This document shows, piece after piece, positions 13,674 to 22,862 of a DNA stretch of 55,402 bases. The translations under genes and the position numbers were made by a program. How positions within the stretch are numbered: position 1 is the stretch's first letter; each line of letters begins with the position of its first letter. The notes beneath the pieces are model-generated. The model had not been told where the DNA came from and did no database searches. It was given only the letters and a program-made list of their open reading frames with translations. The stretch spans positions 1 to 55,402 of the IMG/VR virus record IMGVR_UViG_3300045988_154458; one strand, given 5' to 3'. This DNA comes from a virus.

Positions 13674-15437
13674 ATGGATATAAAAGAATCTGTTGAAAAG
13701 CGTATCGAAAAAACAATAGAATTATTAAATGAATTAAAAGATAAAACTACTCTTACTTATTTACAAGGTTTACATAGTATAAAAGTTGATTGTGAATCGA
13801 TTAGTGATTTTGATAAAGCGTGTAAATATGCTACAATAATCATTGATTTGTTGCAACGAAATGTGATAAAATACGATGACACACCTAAAAATCAAGATGT
13901 GGTAAATGATATTTGGGTTACCGCATATGATACAAAAGCAAGGCAAGGTGATTTTGAATCTTTTTGTATAGCTATGGAATGGAATAGACCGATAAATAAT
14001 CAATTTTATTTGCCCAGAGCGAAGCTTTTGAAAAAACATGGTGTTATACAAGGTGTGCAAGACTTAATTGATGATAAATTGGATTTGTTGGTTTTGAATT
14101 TGCCCCCACGTATTGGGAAGTCGACAATTGGTTTGTTTTTGCAAGTTTTGTTAGGTAGTATGAACCCGCGTGGTAGTATAATTGGCGTAGGACATAGTGC
14201 GAGATTGATAGAATCGTTTTACAAAGAAGTTATAAAGCTTATGACTAGTGACGAATATAGATATAATAAAATTTTTCCAAATAACAAAATTGTCGATAAA
14301 TCAAGTGCTTATAACTTTATAGATATAAACACAACCAAACGTTTCCACACATATAACTATTTATCTATTGAAACAGGTGGTACTGGTAGTGTTGAAGCTA
14401 ACGTTCTGTTGTACTGCGATGATTTAGTTAAAGATGTTGAACAGGCGAATAATCCGGATAGATTGGAAAAGTTGTATTATAATTATACCGGTACAATCAA
14501 AGATAGAAAACTTATGAAGTTATGTAAAGATGGAGTTTATCGTCCATGTCCTGAAATTCATATTAACACTCCCTGGAGTTTATATGATGTTACAAGTCGT
14601 GTTGTCGCAAATGCGAAGATTGATGGGGCTATGGATAGAGTTAGAATCGTTTCAGTACCATGTTATGATGAAAATGGAAATAGTAATTTTGAATATGATT
14701 ATGGAAAAGGTTTTAATACAAAATATTATAAAGACATGGAACTTGCAGAAGATCCGGTAATATTTAGTGCAAAATATCTGATGACGCCTGTTGAGAGAGA
14801 TGGCTTGGTGTTTAATCGTGAAAATGTAAGTTTTTATTATGATTTACCTGGGGAAGAGCCAGATATGATTGTTGGCTATGCCGATGTTACACATGGTGGA
14901 GATGATTATTTTTCACTACCAATTGGATATGTGTATGGAACAGAAGTATATATAGAAGACGTCTTGTTTATAAATAAATTTGGTGGAGACGATGGTAGTA
15001 GACCATTTGTTAGAGATATAATTATAAGAAATAAAGCAACACGTGTTGGTGTTGAAAAGAATAATGGTGGAGATTTTTATTCAACGTTAATGCAACAAGA
15101 TTTAGCAGATGTTGGATATAGGTGTCACATAACAACACATAACGCACCAACGAATAAAGCAAAACGAGATAGAATTCTAGCGTGTCAAAATGAAATAAAA
15201 GGTATTGCTACCGAAAAGAATACATATAGAATATATTTTAAACATCCTGACACAATAAAAGGAAATATACAATATCAGACTGCTATGCAGAATTTATATA
15301 GTTGGAATCAAAATATAAATGCTCAGAAAAAACAGCATGATGATTTTCCAGATAGTTTAGCTGGAATGATAACGAATGTGTTAGGTGGTTTTAAAAATAC
15401 AGCAAAAGTTTATGATGCTAGTCGTTTTGGAATATAA
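13674..15437 (+). CDS. terL: Terminase large subunit
   Basis: 587 aa. Walker A-like LVLNLPPRIGKST. Size and position immediately upstream of the portal gene fit terL. GGGTGATTAT precedes the ATG. Confidence 0.9.
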   Translation: MDIKESVEKRIEKTIELLNELKDKTTLTYLQGLHSIKVDCESISDFDKACKYATIIIDLLQRNVIKYDDTPKNQDVVNDIWVTAYDTKARQGDFESFCIAMEWNRPINNQFYLPRAKLLKKHGVIQGVQDLIDDKLDLLVLNLPPRIGKSTIGLFLQVLLGSMNPRGSIIGVGHSARLIESFYKEVIKLMTSDEYRYNKIFPNNKIVDKSSAYNFIDINTTKRFHTYNYLSIETGGTGSVEANVLLYCDDLVKDVEQANNPDRLEKLYYNYTGTIKDRKLMKLCKDGVYRPCPEIHINTPWSLYDVTSRVVANAKIDGAMDRVRIVSVPCYDENGNSNFEYDYGKGFNTKYYKDMELAEDPVIFSAKYLMTPVERDGLVFNRENVSFYYDLPGEEPDMIVGYADVTHGGDDYFSLPIGYVYGTEVYIEDVLFINKFGGDDGSRPFVRDIIIRNKATRVGVEKNNGGDFYSTLMQQDLADVGYRCHITTHNAPTNKAKRDRILACQNEIKGIATEKNTYRIYFKHPDTIKGNIQYQTAMQNLYSWNQNINAQKKQHDDFPDSLAGMITNVLGGFKNTAKVYDASRFGI

Positions 15438-15464
15438 CAATATGTTATGATAAACCTCATAAAT

Positions 15465-15493
15465 TTGACAAAATAAAAAAAATATGATATAAT
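15465..15493 (+). promoter_or_regulatory. Consensus sigma-70 promoter of an inserted mini-gene (TTGACA-N17-TATAAT)
   Basis: TTGACA at 15465-15470, 17-nt spacer, TATAAT at 15488-15493. Confidence 0.65.
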
Positions 15494-15505
15494 AAGGTGA
15501 GATTA

Positions 15506-15655
15506 ATGGAAAAGAGATACGTAGTTTGTCCACAATGTGGGAAGAAATTATTCAGAGTAGAAAAAGATAGTATTTTTAATAATATATATCTTTGGTGTAA
15601 AAAATGTTGCAAGGAAATAAAAATAGAAGAGCCTAAGAGCCATGTTACTAAATAG
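15506..15655 (+). CDS. Cysteine-rich KTR-like zinc-ribbon protein (49 aa), moron between terL and portal
   Basis: Hand translation MEKRYVVCPQCGKKLFRVEKDSIFNNIYLWCKKCCKEIKIEEPKSHVTK. The CPxCG ... CxKC pattern matches recall of the Cys_rich_KTR family. It has its own promoter, SD (AAGGTGA) and terminator. Confidence 0.6.
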   Translation: MEKRYVVCPQCGKKLFRVEKDSIFNNIYLWCKKCCKEIKIEEPKSHVTK

Positions 15656-15671
15656 CATGGACTCTTTTTTT
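15636..15671 (+). terminator. Rho-independent terminator of the mini-gene
   Basis: AGAGCCATG (15636-15644) pairs with CATGGACTCT (15656-15665, one bulge), followed by T7. Confidence 0.65.
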
Positions 15672-15673
15672 AA

Positions 15674-17197
15674 TTGAAAGTAGGTGATAATCTGAAAGCT
15701 AATAAGTATACGTTGGATAAAATTCAATATGGACGACAAAGAATTATATTAGATTATGACGAGGTTACACCTGATAATCTATTTGAAGTCATACAAAAAG
15801 CGATTCCATACCATATGAGAAATGCTGCAGATTGTGATTATTTAATACATTATTTTTTAGGTGACCAAGATATTCTTACAAAATTACCTTGTTCAACAAA
15901 TAATATAAATAATCAAACAGTTGTTAATTATGCGTTTCCAATAACTAGAGAAATAGTTGGATATTCATTAGGTAATGCTGTTGAATTTTTACAAAAGGAT
16001 ATGAAATACCAACCAGATGTATCAAAACTTGCTGACATTTATGATTATGAAACTAGTTATTATGTAGATATTTGTTCAGCTATATATGCTTCTGTTTGTG
16101 GTATTGGCTATCAGATAACATTACCGAGTGAAAACATAAATAAAGACAATACACCTGAAGTACCAATTGTATATGATTATTTAGATCCTCGTACAACATT
16201 TGTTGTACAAAGTAGTAGTATTGGGAATCCTCAAATACTTTCAGGATATTATATTAAAAATAAATTAACTGGAAAATATGAATATACATGTTATACAAAT
16301 AAATATAAATTTGAATTTACTTATGGTGATCCAAAATCCTTGAAAACTACTGTAAATATTATTGGATTGAATCCTATTACTATGGTTGAAAATTCATTGT
16401 TTTTAACAGGTGATTGGGAACAAGCAATTGCTGTTATGAATGCCAGCAATTTAGTTAGTAGTAATGCTTTAGATGATATTGAAGGAACAATAAAATCTTT
16501 ACTAATTGTTATTGGCGCTGAATTTGAAGATAATGATGCCATCGATAGCGTAAAAGAAAAAAGAATATTGACATTAACAAAAGGCAATGGAAATACAAGC
16601 AATTTAGATGCAAAATTTATATCGCCTTCTCTAGACAGTGTTAGTGTACAAAATATAAGACAGTATTTAGAGGATGCTAGAAATGTAATAACAGGTATTC
16701 CTGATAGAAGTGCTAATTCTAGCGGTGGGGATACTGGTGTAGCTGTTTTAAATCGTGATGGTTGGACAGATATTGAAATAGTCGCAAGACTTAAAGAATT
16801 ATTTTTTAAAAAGGCTAAAAAACAGCAGTTGGCAGTTGGTTTAAAAATTCTTAAAATGTTAGGAATAATAAATAGTGATATTTCAGTTATTGATATCGAA
16901 TTAATTATAGGTAGACACACTACAGATAATTTACAAACTAAGACACAAGCATTTAGTACGTTAGTTGCCACTGGTGAATTAGCGACAATAGATTGTTTAG
17001 AATTATCTAATTTAACAAATAAGACTCGTGAAATGGTAGAACGTGGTGAAGAGGCCAAAGTTAAAAGACAAGAAGATGCTATAGAAATGGCAAAAAAATC
17101 AGCTGAAGCTAGCGGGGAAGGTCAAAGTTCTAATAAGAATGGCGACAATAAAACAGCACAAATAGAAAAGGCCGCAGCAGGAAATGACACAGAATAA
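15674..17197 (+). CDS. Portal protein
   Basis: 507 aa, immediately downstream of terL, with an acidic/Gly-rich C-terminus. No in-frame ATG near the 5' end. Candidate starts are TTG 15674 or CTG 15692 (after AGGTGA). Confidence 0.8.
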   Translation: MKVGDNLKANKYTLDKIQYGRQRIILDYDEVTPDNLFEVIQKAIPYHMRNAADCDYLIHYFLGDQDILTKLPCSTNNINNQTVVNYAFPITREIVGYSLGNAVEFLQKDMKYQPDVSKLADIYDYETSYYVDICSAIYASVCGIGYQITLPSENINKDNTPEVPIVYDYLDPRTTFVVQSSSIGNPQILSGYYIKNKLTGKYEYTCYTNKYKFEFTYGDPKSLKTTVNIIGLNPITMVENSLFLTGDWEQAIAVMNASNLVSSNALDDIEGTIKSLLIVIGAEFEDNDAIDSVKEKRILTLTKGNGNTSNLDAKFISPSLDSVSVQNIRQYLEDARNVITGIPDRSANSSGGDTGVAVLNRDGWTDIEIVARLKELFFKKAKKQQLAVGLKILKMLGIINSDISVIDIELIIGRHTTDNLQTKTQAFSTLVATGELATIDCLELSNLTNKTREMVERGEEAKVKRQEDAIEMAKKSAEASGEGQSSNKNGDNKTAQIEKAAAGNDTE

Positions 17198-17372
17198 AAT
17201 TTGATTATTACGCCTTAGAAATCTTAGGATGTTCTATTAAAGAAAAATATTCTTCGGAATATATTTCAAAAGCGATTAATAAATAAATTTGACCTACCTA
17301 TCGGTCATTTAAATAATTTAGGATTCTGATCGACAGAGAAGTCGTTTAATCGCCAGAATGAAAGGACAATTT

Positions 17373-17993
17373 ATGGATTTTGAATTTATGAAAGACCTTA
17401 TGGGAGACTCTTATAAGGACGGAATTACTTTAGACGAAGTAAAAACATTTATGAGTGGAAAAAAATTTGCAGATTTATCTACAGGAAATTATGTAGATAA
17501 AAATAAATACACAAATGAAGTAACCTCATTACAAGGGCAATTAACTGATGCTCAAACTCAATTAAAAAATAAAATGACAGATGATGAAAAAATAGTACAA
17601 GCGCAAAAAGATAAAGACGCTGAAATAGAAAAATTAAAGCAATTACTTCACGCAAATACAATCACTGGTAATAAAAATATTGTCATTAATGAATTAACAA
17701 ATTCACGTGATATATTAGGAATTGACTCCGGTGATAAAGATTTTCAAACATTTGTTGATAATATTACGGTTGAAGATAGTGATAAAAGCAACAATGTTGC
17801 TAAATATGTATCAAAAATCGTAAAAAATGCGTATGAAAAAGGAAAACAAGACGCAGTAAAAGATGCTATGGGTGATTTTGGTAAAGGAAAAGGCAAAAGC
17901 AATCCTGATGGAAAAGAAACTATTGGTTCTATGGGAAAACGTTTGGCAGAACAAAATAAACCTAGTGGCGAAAAATTCGATTATTTTAAATAA
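17373..17993 (+). CDS. Scaffolding protein (GP20-like)
   Basis: Coiled-coil, charged, Lys/Gly-rich C-terminus, positioned between portal and capsid genes. ATG 17373 follows AAAGGACAATTT; the track ORF starts at 17358. Confidence 0.65.
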   Translation: MDFEFMKDLMGDSYKDGITLDEVKTFMSGKKFADLSTGNYVDKNKYTNEVTSLQGQLTDAQTQLKNKMTDDEKIVQAQKDKDAEIEKLKQLLHANTITGNKNIVINELTNSRDILGIDSGDKDFQTFVDNITVEDSDKSNNVAKYVSKIVKNAYEKGKQDAVKDAMGDFGKGKGKSNPDGKETIGSMGKRLAEQNKPSGEKFDYFK

Positions 17994-18012
17994 GAAAGGA
18001 AGGATATACAAT

Positions 18013-18414
18013 ATGATAACAAAAGAAACATATGGAAATATTAAAAATATTCTTATCGGACAAGATAGTTATCACATTGCATTACCATGTATTATAGGTA
18101 ATACAGGAGTAACTGCTGTTGATGGTAAGAAAATTTTAAAAGCTGGTACACCATTATATGGCGATATTACAGCTAGAGGAACCGCTTTTGTAAAAGCAAC
18201 TACTACAACGGCAGATGGAGGAGCAAAATCTTCAAATGCTACAGCTATTCTATTACATGATGTCGATGTAACATCTGGTAATGCAAATGGAACTATTGTA
18301 TTAGCTGGATGCATTGATTTACTAAAATTAGACAGTGCTACACAAACATTAATAGATGATGCTACAAAAACAGCATTATCTAGAATTATTTTCGTGAAAG
18401 GAAGTGCAATTTAA
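18013..18414 (+). CDS. Head decoration protein (lambda gpD-like)
   Basis: ATG 18013 follows GAAAGGAAGGATATACAAT. KAGTPLYGD...ATAILLHDVDV...IVLAGCIDLLKL fits recall of the HDPD family. Lies directly upstream of an E-type capsid gene. Confidence 0.6.
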   Translation: MITKETYGNIKNILIGQDSYHIALPCIIGNTGVTAVDGKKILKAGTPLYGDITARGTAFVKATTTTADGGAKSSNATAILLHDVDVTSGNANGTIVLAGCIDLLKLDSATQTLIDDATKTALSRIIFVKGSAI

Positions 18415-19457
18415 TGGCAACTATATATGATTTAGTTACAGCAGCAGATGTTGTTGCATATTGGACTGAAAAAAATCAAAACGCACAACCATTATTAGGA
18501 GCTACATTATTCCCAGTTAAAAAACGTTTGGGAACTAAACTTGAATGGGTTAAAGGTGCTAATAATCAACCAGTTGCTTTGAGACCTAGTTCATTCGATG
18601 CGAAAGCTATTCGTAGAGATAGAAAAGGTATCGAAAAAGTATCTACAGAAATGCCATTTTTTAAAGAATCTATGTATGTAGATGAAAAAATGAGACAAGA
18701 TTTAAATAATATGATAGCTAACAACAATCAAGCTGTTGCTGATCAAATATTAATAAATATTTATGATGATGAATCCAGTTTAATTGATTCTAGTGAGATA
18801 GCATTAGAAAGAATGAGAATGGAATTATTAACAACTGGACAAATTGTTATTTCTGGAAATGGTCAATCATACACATATAACTATGGTTTAGACACAGCTA
18901 CTCAAAAAGTAACAGTTACTAAAGCTTGGAGTGATCCTACTGCAGATATCATTGGTGATATAATTGATATTGTTGAAAAAGCAAAAGCAAGAGGTATTAC
19001 AATTACTCGTGCTGTATGTAATTCAACTACTGCAAAATATTTTAGAACAAATACAGCTATTAAAAATGCCGTATATGTATTTGCAAATGGCACTGTTCCT
19101 GTAACAACTGCTAGAGCAATTGAATATATTAAAAATGAAACTGGTGTAACATTCTATGCTTATGATAACGTATATGTTGACGAAGCTGGTACAACTCATA
19201 AATATGTATCAGATAATACTGTAACATTCCTACCAGATGGTGATTTAGGATTCACAAATTTAGGTACTACTCCTGAGGAATCAGATTTAATGAACAGTGT
19301 TAATACTGCAGATGTGAGTATTGTTAACCAAGGTGTTGCTGTTACAACAAGTAAAATAGTAGACCCTGTTAATGTAGAAACAAAAGTTTCAATGATTGGC
19401 TTACCATCATTTGAAATGGCTGACAAAATCGTAATCTTAGATACACATAAAGATTAA
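18414..19457 (+). CDS. Major capsid protein (lambda gpE-like family)
   Basis: 347 aa. The N-terminus MATIYDLVTAADVVAYWTEK...LLGATLFPVKK resembles the phage major capsid protein E family. Position is consistent. Confidence 0.85.
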   Translation: MATIYDLVTAADVVAYWTEKNQNAQPLLGATLFPVKKRLGTKLEWVKGANNQPVALRPSSFDAKAIRRDRKGIEKVSTEMPFFKESMYVDEKMRQDLNNMIANNNQAVADQILINIYDDESSLIDSSEIALERMRMELLTTGQIVISGNGQSYTYNYGLDTATQKVTVTKAWSDPTADIIGDIIDIVEKAKARGITITRAVCNSTTAKYFRTNTAIKNAVYVFANGTVPVTTARAIEYIKNETGVTFYAYDNVYVDEAGTTHKYVSDNTVTFLPDGDLGFTNLGTTPEESDLMNSVNTADVSIVNQGVAVTTSKIVDPVNVETKVSMIGLPSFEMADKIVILDTHKD

Positions 19458-19458
19458 T

Positions 19459-19647
19459 ATGGTAACTATAACAAATGGTGACAAAACAACAATAGTAACA
19501 AGAGGTGTATATGATAACATATACAAACCTCTTGGATATGCTATTGTTTCTGATAAAAAAGATGAAATAAAAAAATCAAAAATTGATTACGATAAAAAAA
19601 ATGATGTAGTGACATCAAAAAATAATGTTAAAAATATTAGAAAGTAG
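19459..19647 (+). CDS. Hypothetical protein
   Basis: 62-aa ORF in the head module. Confidence 0.5.
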   Translation: MVTITNGDKTTIVTRGVYDNIYKPLGYAIVSDKKDEIKKSKIDYDKKNDVVTSKNNVKNIRK

Positions 19648-19655
19648 GTGTAATA

Positions 19656-19892
19656 ATGCTATATGAAATAGACAAAAAGTATTACATTCGTGTGGGTAGA
19701 CGTTTTATTGAGGTTGACGTAGATGTTAAAAACGATGAAATCGATGTGATACCACATAAACCTACAAAAGAAATAGAAAATAATGGAAATATCAAATATA
19801 AAACACAATTAGTAAATGAAGATTTTAAAAAACAGATATTAATGAATAAAGACCGAAAAAATATTGGTGGATCTTCAAAATATAGGAGATGA
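19656..19892 (+). CDS. Hypothetical protein
   Basis: 78-aa ORF. AGGTGTAATA precedes the ATG. Confidence 0.5.
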   Translation: MLYEIDKKYYIRVGRRFIEVDVDVKNDEIDVIPHKPTKEIENNGNIKYKTQLVNEDFKKQILMNKDRKNIGGSSKYRR

Positions 19893-19896
19893 TATT

Positions 19897-20235
19897 ATGA
19901 ATTGTCGTACAATGGATGAATTAGTAACGGAATTAAAACGAATACTAAAATTTAGAGATATCATTGTATCTAACAAAGACGATGATATTCTAAAATATGA
20001 ATTAAATCGCGCAATACAAGAAATTAATAAAGGCCGTAGGTTTGTACCTAGTGAAGACAAACCTTATGATCCAAAATACGATAGTTTAATAATCCCATTA
20101 TGTGTTACAGCTTTTTCTAAAATCGGCGCAGAGGGACAATCTAGTCATAGCGAAAATGGTGTAACAAGAAATTATACATGTGGTGGGGATTACCCTATTG
20201 ACATGTTAGATGGTATAATTCCATTAGTAAAGTAG
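19897..20235 (+). CDS. Head-tail connector (gp6-like) protein
   Basis: ATG 19897 follows AGGAGATGATATT. Called from position and size in the head-completion module. Confidence 0.5.
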   Translation: MNCRTMDELVTELKRILKFRDIIVSNKDDDILKYELNRAIQEINKGRRFVPSEDKPYDPKYDSLIIPLCVTAFSKIGAEGQSSHSENGVTRNYTCGGDYPIDMLDGIIPLVK

Positions 20236-20242
20236 GTGAAAT

Positions 20243-20602
20243 ATGAGAAACCTACGAAGAAACAAAAAAAAATTATATTTATGCCAAATCTATGAAAAAA
20301 ATGGATTGAATTTATTTAAAGAACCAATATCATTATATGAAGATTATCAACCAACAAATAGCAGTGGTGATTTGATATCGATTGGAATGTCTTATCCTTT
20401 ATTTTTAAGGATAAAAACAAATATATCAGAAAAAGATATATTCCATCCAAACGATAGATTATATGTTTATAAAGATATACCCGAAACACACGATCCGCTA
20501 TGCAAAGATGCCGATTACGAAGTATATAAACAACCTTTATTTTACATAAATGAAGGCGAAATAATGTTAAAAAGGTTGAGTGCCGATTGGGATGAAAATT
20601 AA
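20243..20602 (+). CDS. Head closure / head-tail adaptor protein
   Basis: 119 aa. AGGTGAAAT precedes the ATG. Synteny only. Confidence 0.4.
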   Translation: MRNLRRNKKKLYLCQIYEKNGLNLFKEPISLYEDYQPTNSSGDLISIGMSYPLFLRIKTNISEKDIFHPNDRLYVYKDIPETHDPLCKDADYEVYKQPLFYINEGEIMLKRLSADWDEN

Positions 20603-21140
20603 TAAAAATATAAAATTATCATCAAATGATATAACTGGTTTAATAAAATCTTTAAATAAATTATCTAATACACTCAAAGATGCAAATAATACTTTAACAA
20701 AAGATATTGCCGAAGATGGATTGAATGCTCTGAACAATTTTTATAGTAAATCTTTTGATGAAAATATAGAACCACCGGATACATATATTAAAAAATTGCA
20801 AAACGGATATTCTATTGTAGCACATGGCAAAGATGTTGTTTATGAAGAATTTGGTACTGGTGACGAAGGTGCGAAAGATGGGCATCCTTGGAAAGGCCAA
20901 ACGAATTTTAAACTAAACGCATACAATAGTGGTTCACATATACGAGATGCCAATGAATCATCAAAAGAACATAATATAATAAGTGGTAAATATTGGACAT
21001 ACGCAAAAAACGGTAACATCATATATACACAAGGTGTTCCAAGCGGTAAAGAATTGTATAGAACAATACAATATTTGCGAGACGAGGGAATAAATAAAAT
21101 TGTAAATGAGAAAGTGAGGGATACGATATCGAAACTTTAA
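20592..21140 (+). CDS. Neck / tail-component protein (HK97 gp10-like position)
   Basis: Track ORF starts at 20580; ATG is at 20592. Synteny only. Confidence 0.4.
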   Translation: MKINKNIKLSSNDITGLIKSLNKLSNTLKDANNTLTKDIAEDGLNALNNFYSKSFDENIEPPDTYIKKLQNGYSIVAHGKDVVYEEFGTGDEGAKDGHPWKGQTNFKLNAYNSGSHIRDANESSKEHNIISGKYWTYAKNGNIIYTQGVPSGKELYRTIQYLRDEGINKIVNEKVRDTISKL

Positions 21141-21595
21141 CTCCGCAATTAAAAGATGATATTATAGTATTTTTTTCAGATACAAATGCAGTTAAAAGAA
21201 TCTATCCATCATATAATGGTGAATATGAAAATATAACAATTAAAGAAAAATATGAACAGTATCCTAAAATAAATTATCCTATGATTGCTATTTCTGATAT
21301 AAAAAATGAAGATTTAGTTAGATATGATGATGATAGTGGTGAAAATATATCGTATATGGGAAATCAATTTGAAATACATGCAATACAAGATACTGAAAGA
21401 ACGGCGATTCAAAATACTCGAAGAATAGCTGATATTCTAGATACATATCTAAAAGGACAGAAGTATTGCTGTTTACGGAGAATAGGTGATCCCGCAATAG
21501 CTCCATTAAAAAGCGATAACAATGTTATGGTGTGTTATTTAAGATATGAATATAATTTAGACATAAAAAATAATATAATATATAGGAGGTATTAA
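21128..21595 (+). CDS. Tail completion / tail terminator-like protein, non-canonical start
   Basis: The frame is open from 21110. The first ATG is only at 21281, but the 53 upstream codons read as protein (YDIETLTPQLKDDIIVFFSDTNAVKRIYPSY...). GTGAGGGA lies 7 nt before in-frame ATC 21128. Confidence 0.45.
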   Translation: METLTPQLKDDIIVFFSDTNAVKRIYPSYNGEYENITIKEKYEQYPKINYPMIAISDIKNEDLVRYDDDSGENISYMGNQFEIHAIQDTERTAIQNTRRIADILDTYLKGQKYCCLRRIGDPAIAPLKSDNNVMVCYLRYEYNLDIKNNIIYRRY

Positions 21596-21597
21596 TT

Positions 21598-22074
21598 ATG
21601 GCAATTAATTTATCTACAGCAGGTGTACAATTATTATATGCAGTGGAAGCAACTGCAGGTGAAAGACCAACAACTGGTTATACAAGAATTAAAGGTATAA
21701 AATCTACACCAAGTTTAAATCCATCTCCAGAATCATTAGAAACAACAACATTAGATGAAACAGAATATAAGACATATATAGATGGTTTGAAAGATATTGG
21801 TGGTGCGATTGAATTTACATTCAACTTAACAGAAGAATTAATGACAACTTGGGATGCATTAATGACTGCATATGAATCAGCTAAAACATCAAATAAAGCT
21901 ACTTGGTTTACAATAGTAGTCCCTGGTTTAACAAAATCATTTTATTTTACTGGTAATCCAAGTGCTATGGGTTTACCTGAAACGAGCGTTAGTTCTGTTT
22001 TAGAGATTACAAATTATATAACACCAACTAATGCGCCTGAAAAGTTTGCCAAACCAACTGATTTAGGCGAATAA
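21598..22074 (+). CDS. Major tail protein
   Basis: 158 aa. MAINLSTAGVQLLYAVEATAGERPTTGYTRIKGIKSTP... is typical of siphovirus major tail proteins. AGGAGGTATTAATT precedes the ATG. Confidence 0.8.
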   Translation: MAINLSTAGVQLLYAVEATAGERPTTGYTRIKGIKSTPSLNPSPESLETTTLDETEYKTYIDGLKDIGGAIEFTFNLTEELMTTWDALMTAYESAKTSNKATWFTIVVPGLTKSFYFTGNPSAMGLPETSVSSVLEITNYITPTNAPEKFAKPTDLGE

Positions 22075-22105
22075 TTAATGTTTAATGAGAAAAGGAGTGT
22101 AGAAT

Positions 22106-22456
22106 ATGAATACAAAAATAAATCTAACATACAAAGATAATAAATATACTTTAGAATATGATAGAATGAGTATTAAAATGCTAGAAAACAGTGGTTTTGT
22201 TTTAGATGAATTTTTAAAAAAACCAATGAATAATATTGAATTGGCTTTTTCAGCCGCATTTATAAAAAATCACAAAGGCGTTCAACAAAATATTATCGAT
22301 GACATTTATAAACAATGTAAAAATAAGAATTCTTTAATCACAACATTATCTCAAATGATTCAAGAAACATATGATTCATTCTTAGAGGATGGGACAGATG
22401 AGGGAAACGTGGAGTGGGAAGTAATCGACTTATCACCAAAGACAAGTCAAAAGTAG
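22106..22456 (+). CDS. Tail assembly chaperone (gpG-like)
   Basis: 116 aa, between the major tail protein and tape-measure genes. Confidence 0.7.
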   Translation: MNTKINLTYKDNKYTLEYDRMSIKMLENSGFVLDEFLKKPMNNIELAFSAAFIKNHKGVQQNIIDDIYKQCKNKNSLITTLSQMIQETYDSFLEDGTDEGNVEWEVIDLSPKTSQK

Positions 22457-22860
22457 AGTTTACTTCCTTAACAGCCCTTTTTGAAAAACAATGTCCTATA
22501 TATATGTCATTTGGTATGACATATGACGAATTTTGGTATGGCGATGCGTATCGAACAAAATTTTATAGAGACGCATATAAATTGAAAGTTCGACAAAAAG
22601 ACGAAGAATTATGGCAACAAGGCATGTATATATATGAGGCACTTTGTGAAGTTTCTCCTGTATTACATGCTTTTTGTAAAAAAGGGACAAAACCTCTACC
22701 ATATTCATCGAAACCTTATTTATCTGATGTGACTAGTTATAAAACAGATACAGAAAAAGCGAAACAAATAGAAAATGATAGATTAATTGCTAGATTACAT
22801 TTTGAAGCTTGGGCCAGAGAAATGAAAAAGAGATTTAAGGAAAAAGGAGGAGGTGATTAA
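22414..22860 (+). CDS. Tail assembly chaperone, -1 frameshift extension (gpT-like part of a G-T fusion)
   Basis: The ORF is in the -1 frame relative to 22106..22456, overlaps its last 43 nt and has no SD of its own. A-rich candidate slip sites CCAAAG and TCAAAAG lie at about 22434-22452. Confidence 0.6.
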   Translation: MGSNRLITKDKSKVEFTSLTALFEKQCPIYMSFGMTYDEFWYGDAYRTKFYRDAYKLKVRQKDEELWQQGMYIYEALCEVSPVLHAFCKKGTKPLPYSSKPYLSDVTSYKTDTEKAKQIENDRLIARLHFEAWAREMKKRFKEKGGGD

Positions 22861-22862
22861 AC

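Noticed and set aside
16321-17058. 245-aa ORF on the minus strand inside the portal gene
   Set aside because: It is fully antisense to a well-supported structural gene. It has a low-complexity Ser/Leu/Ile-rich composition typical of the reverse frame of an AT-rich gene, no SD, and no room for it in the operon.
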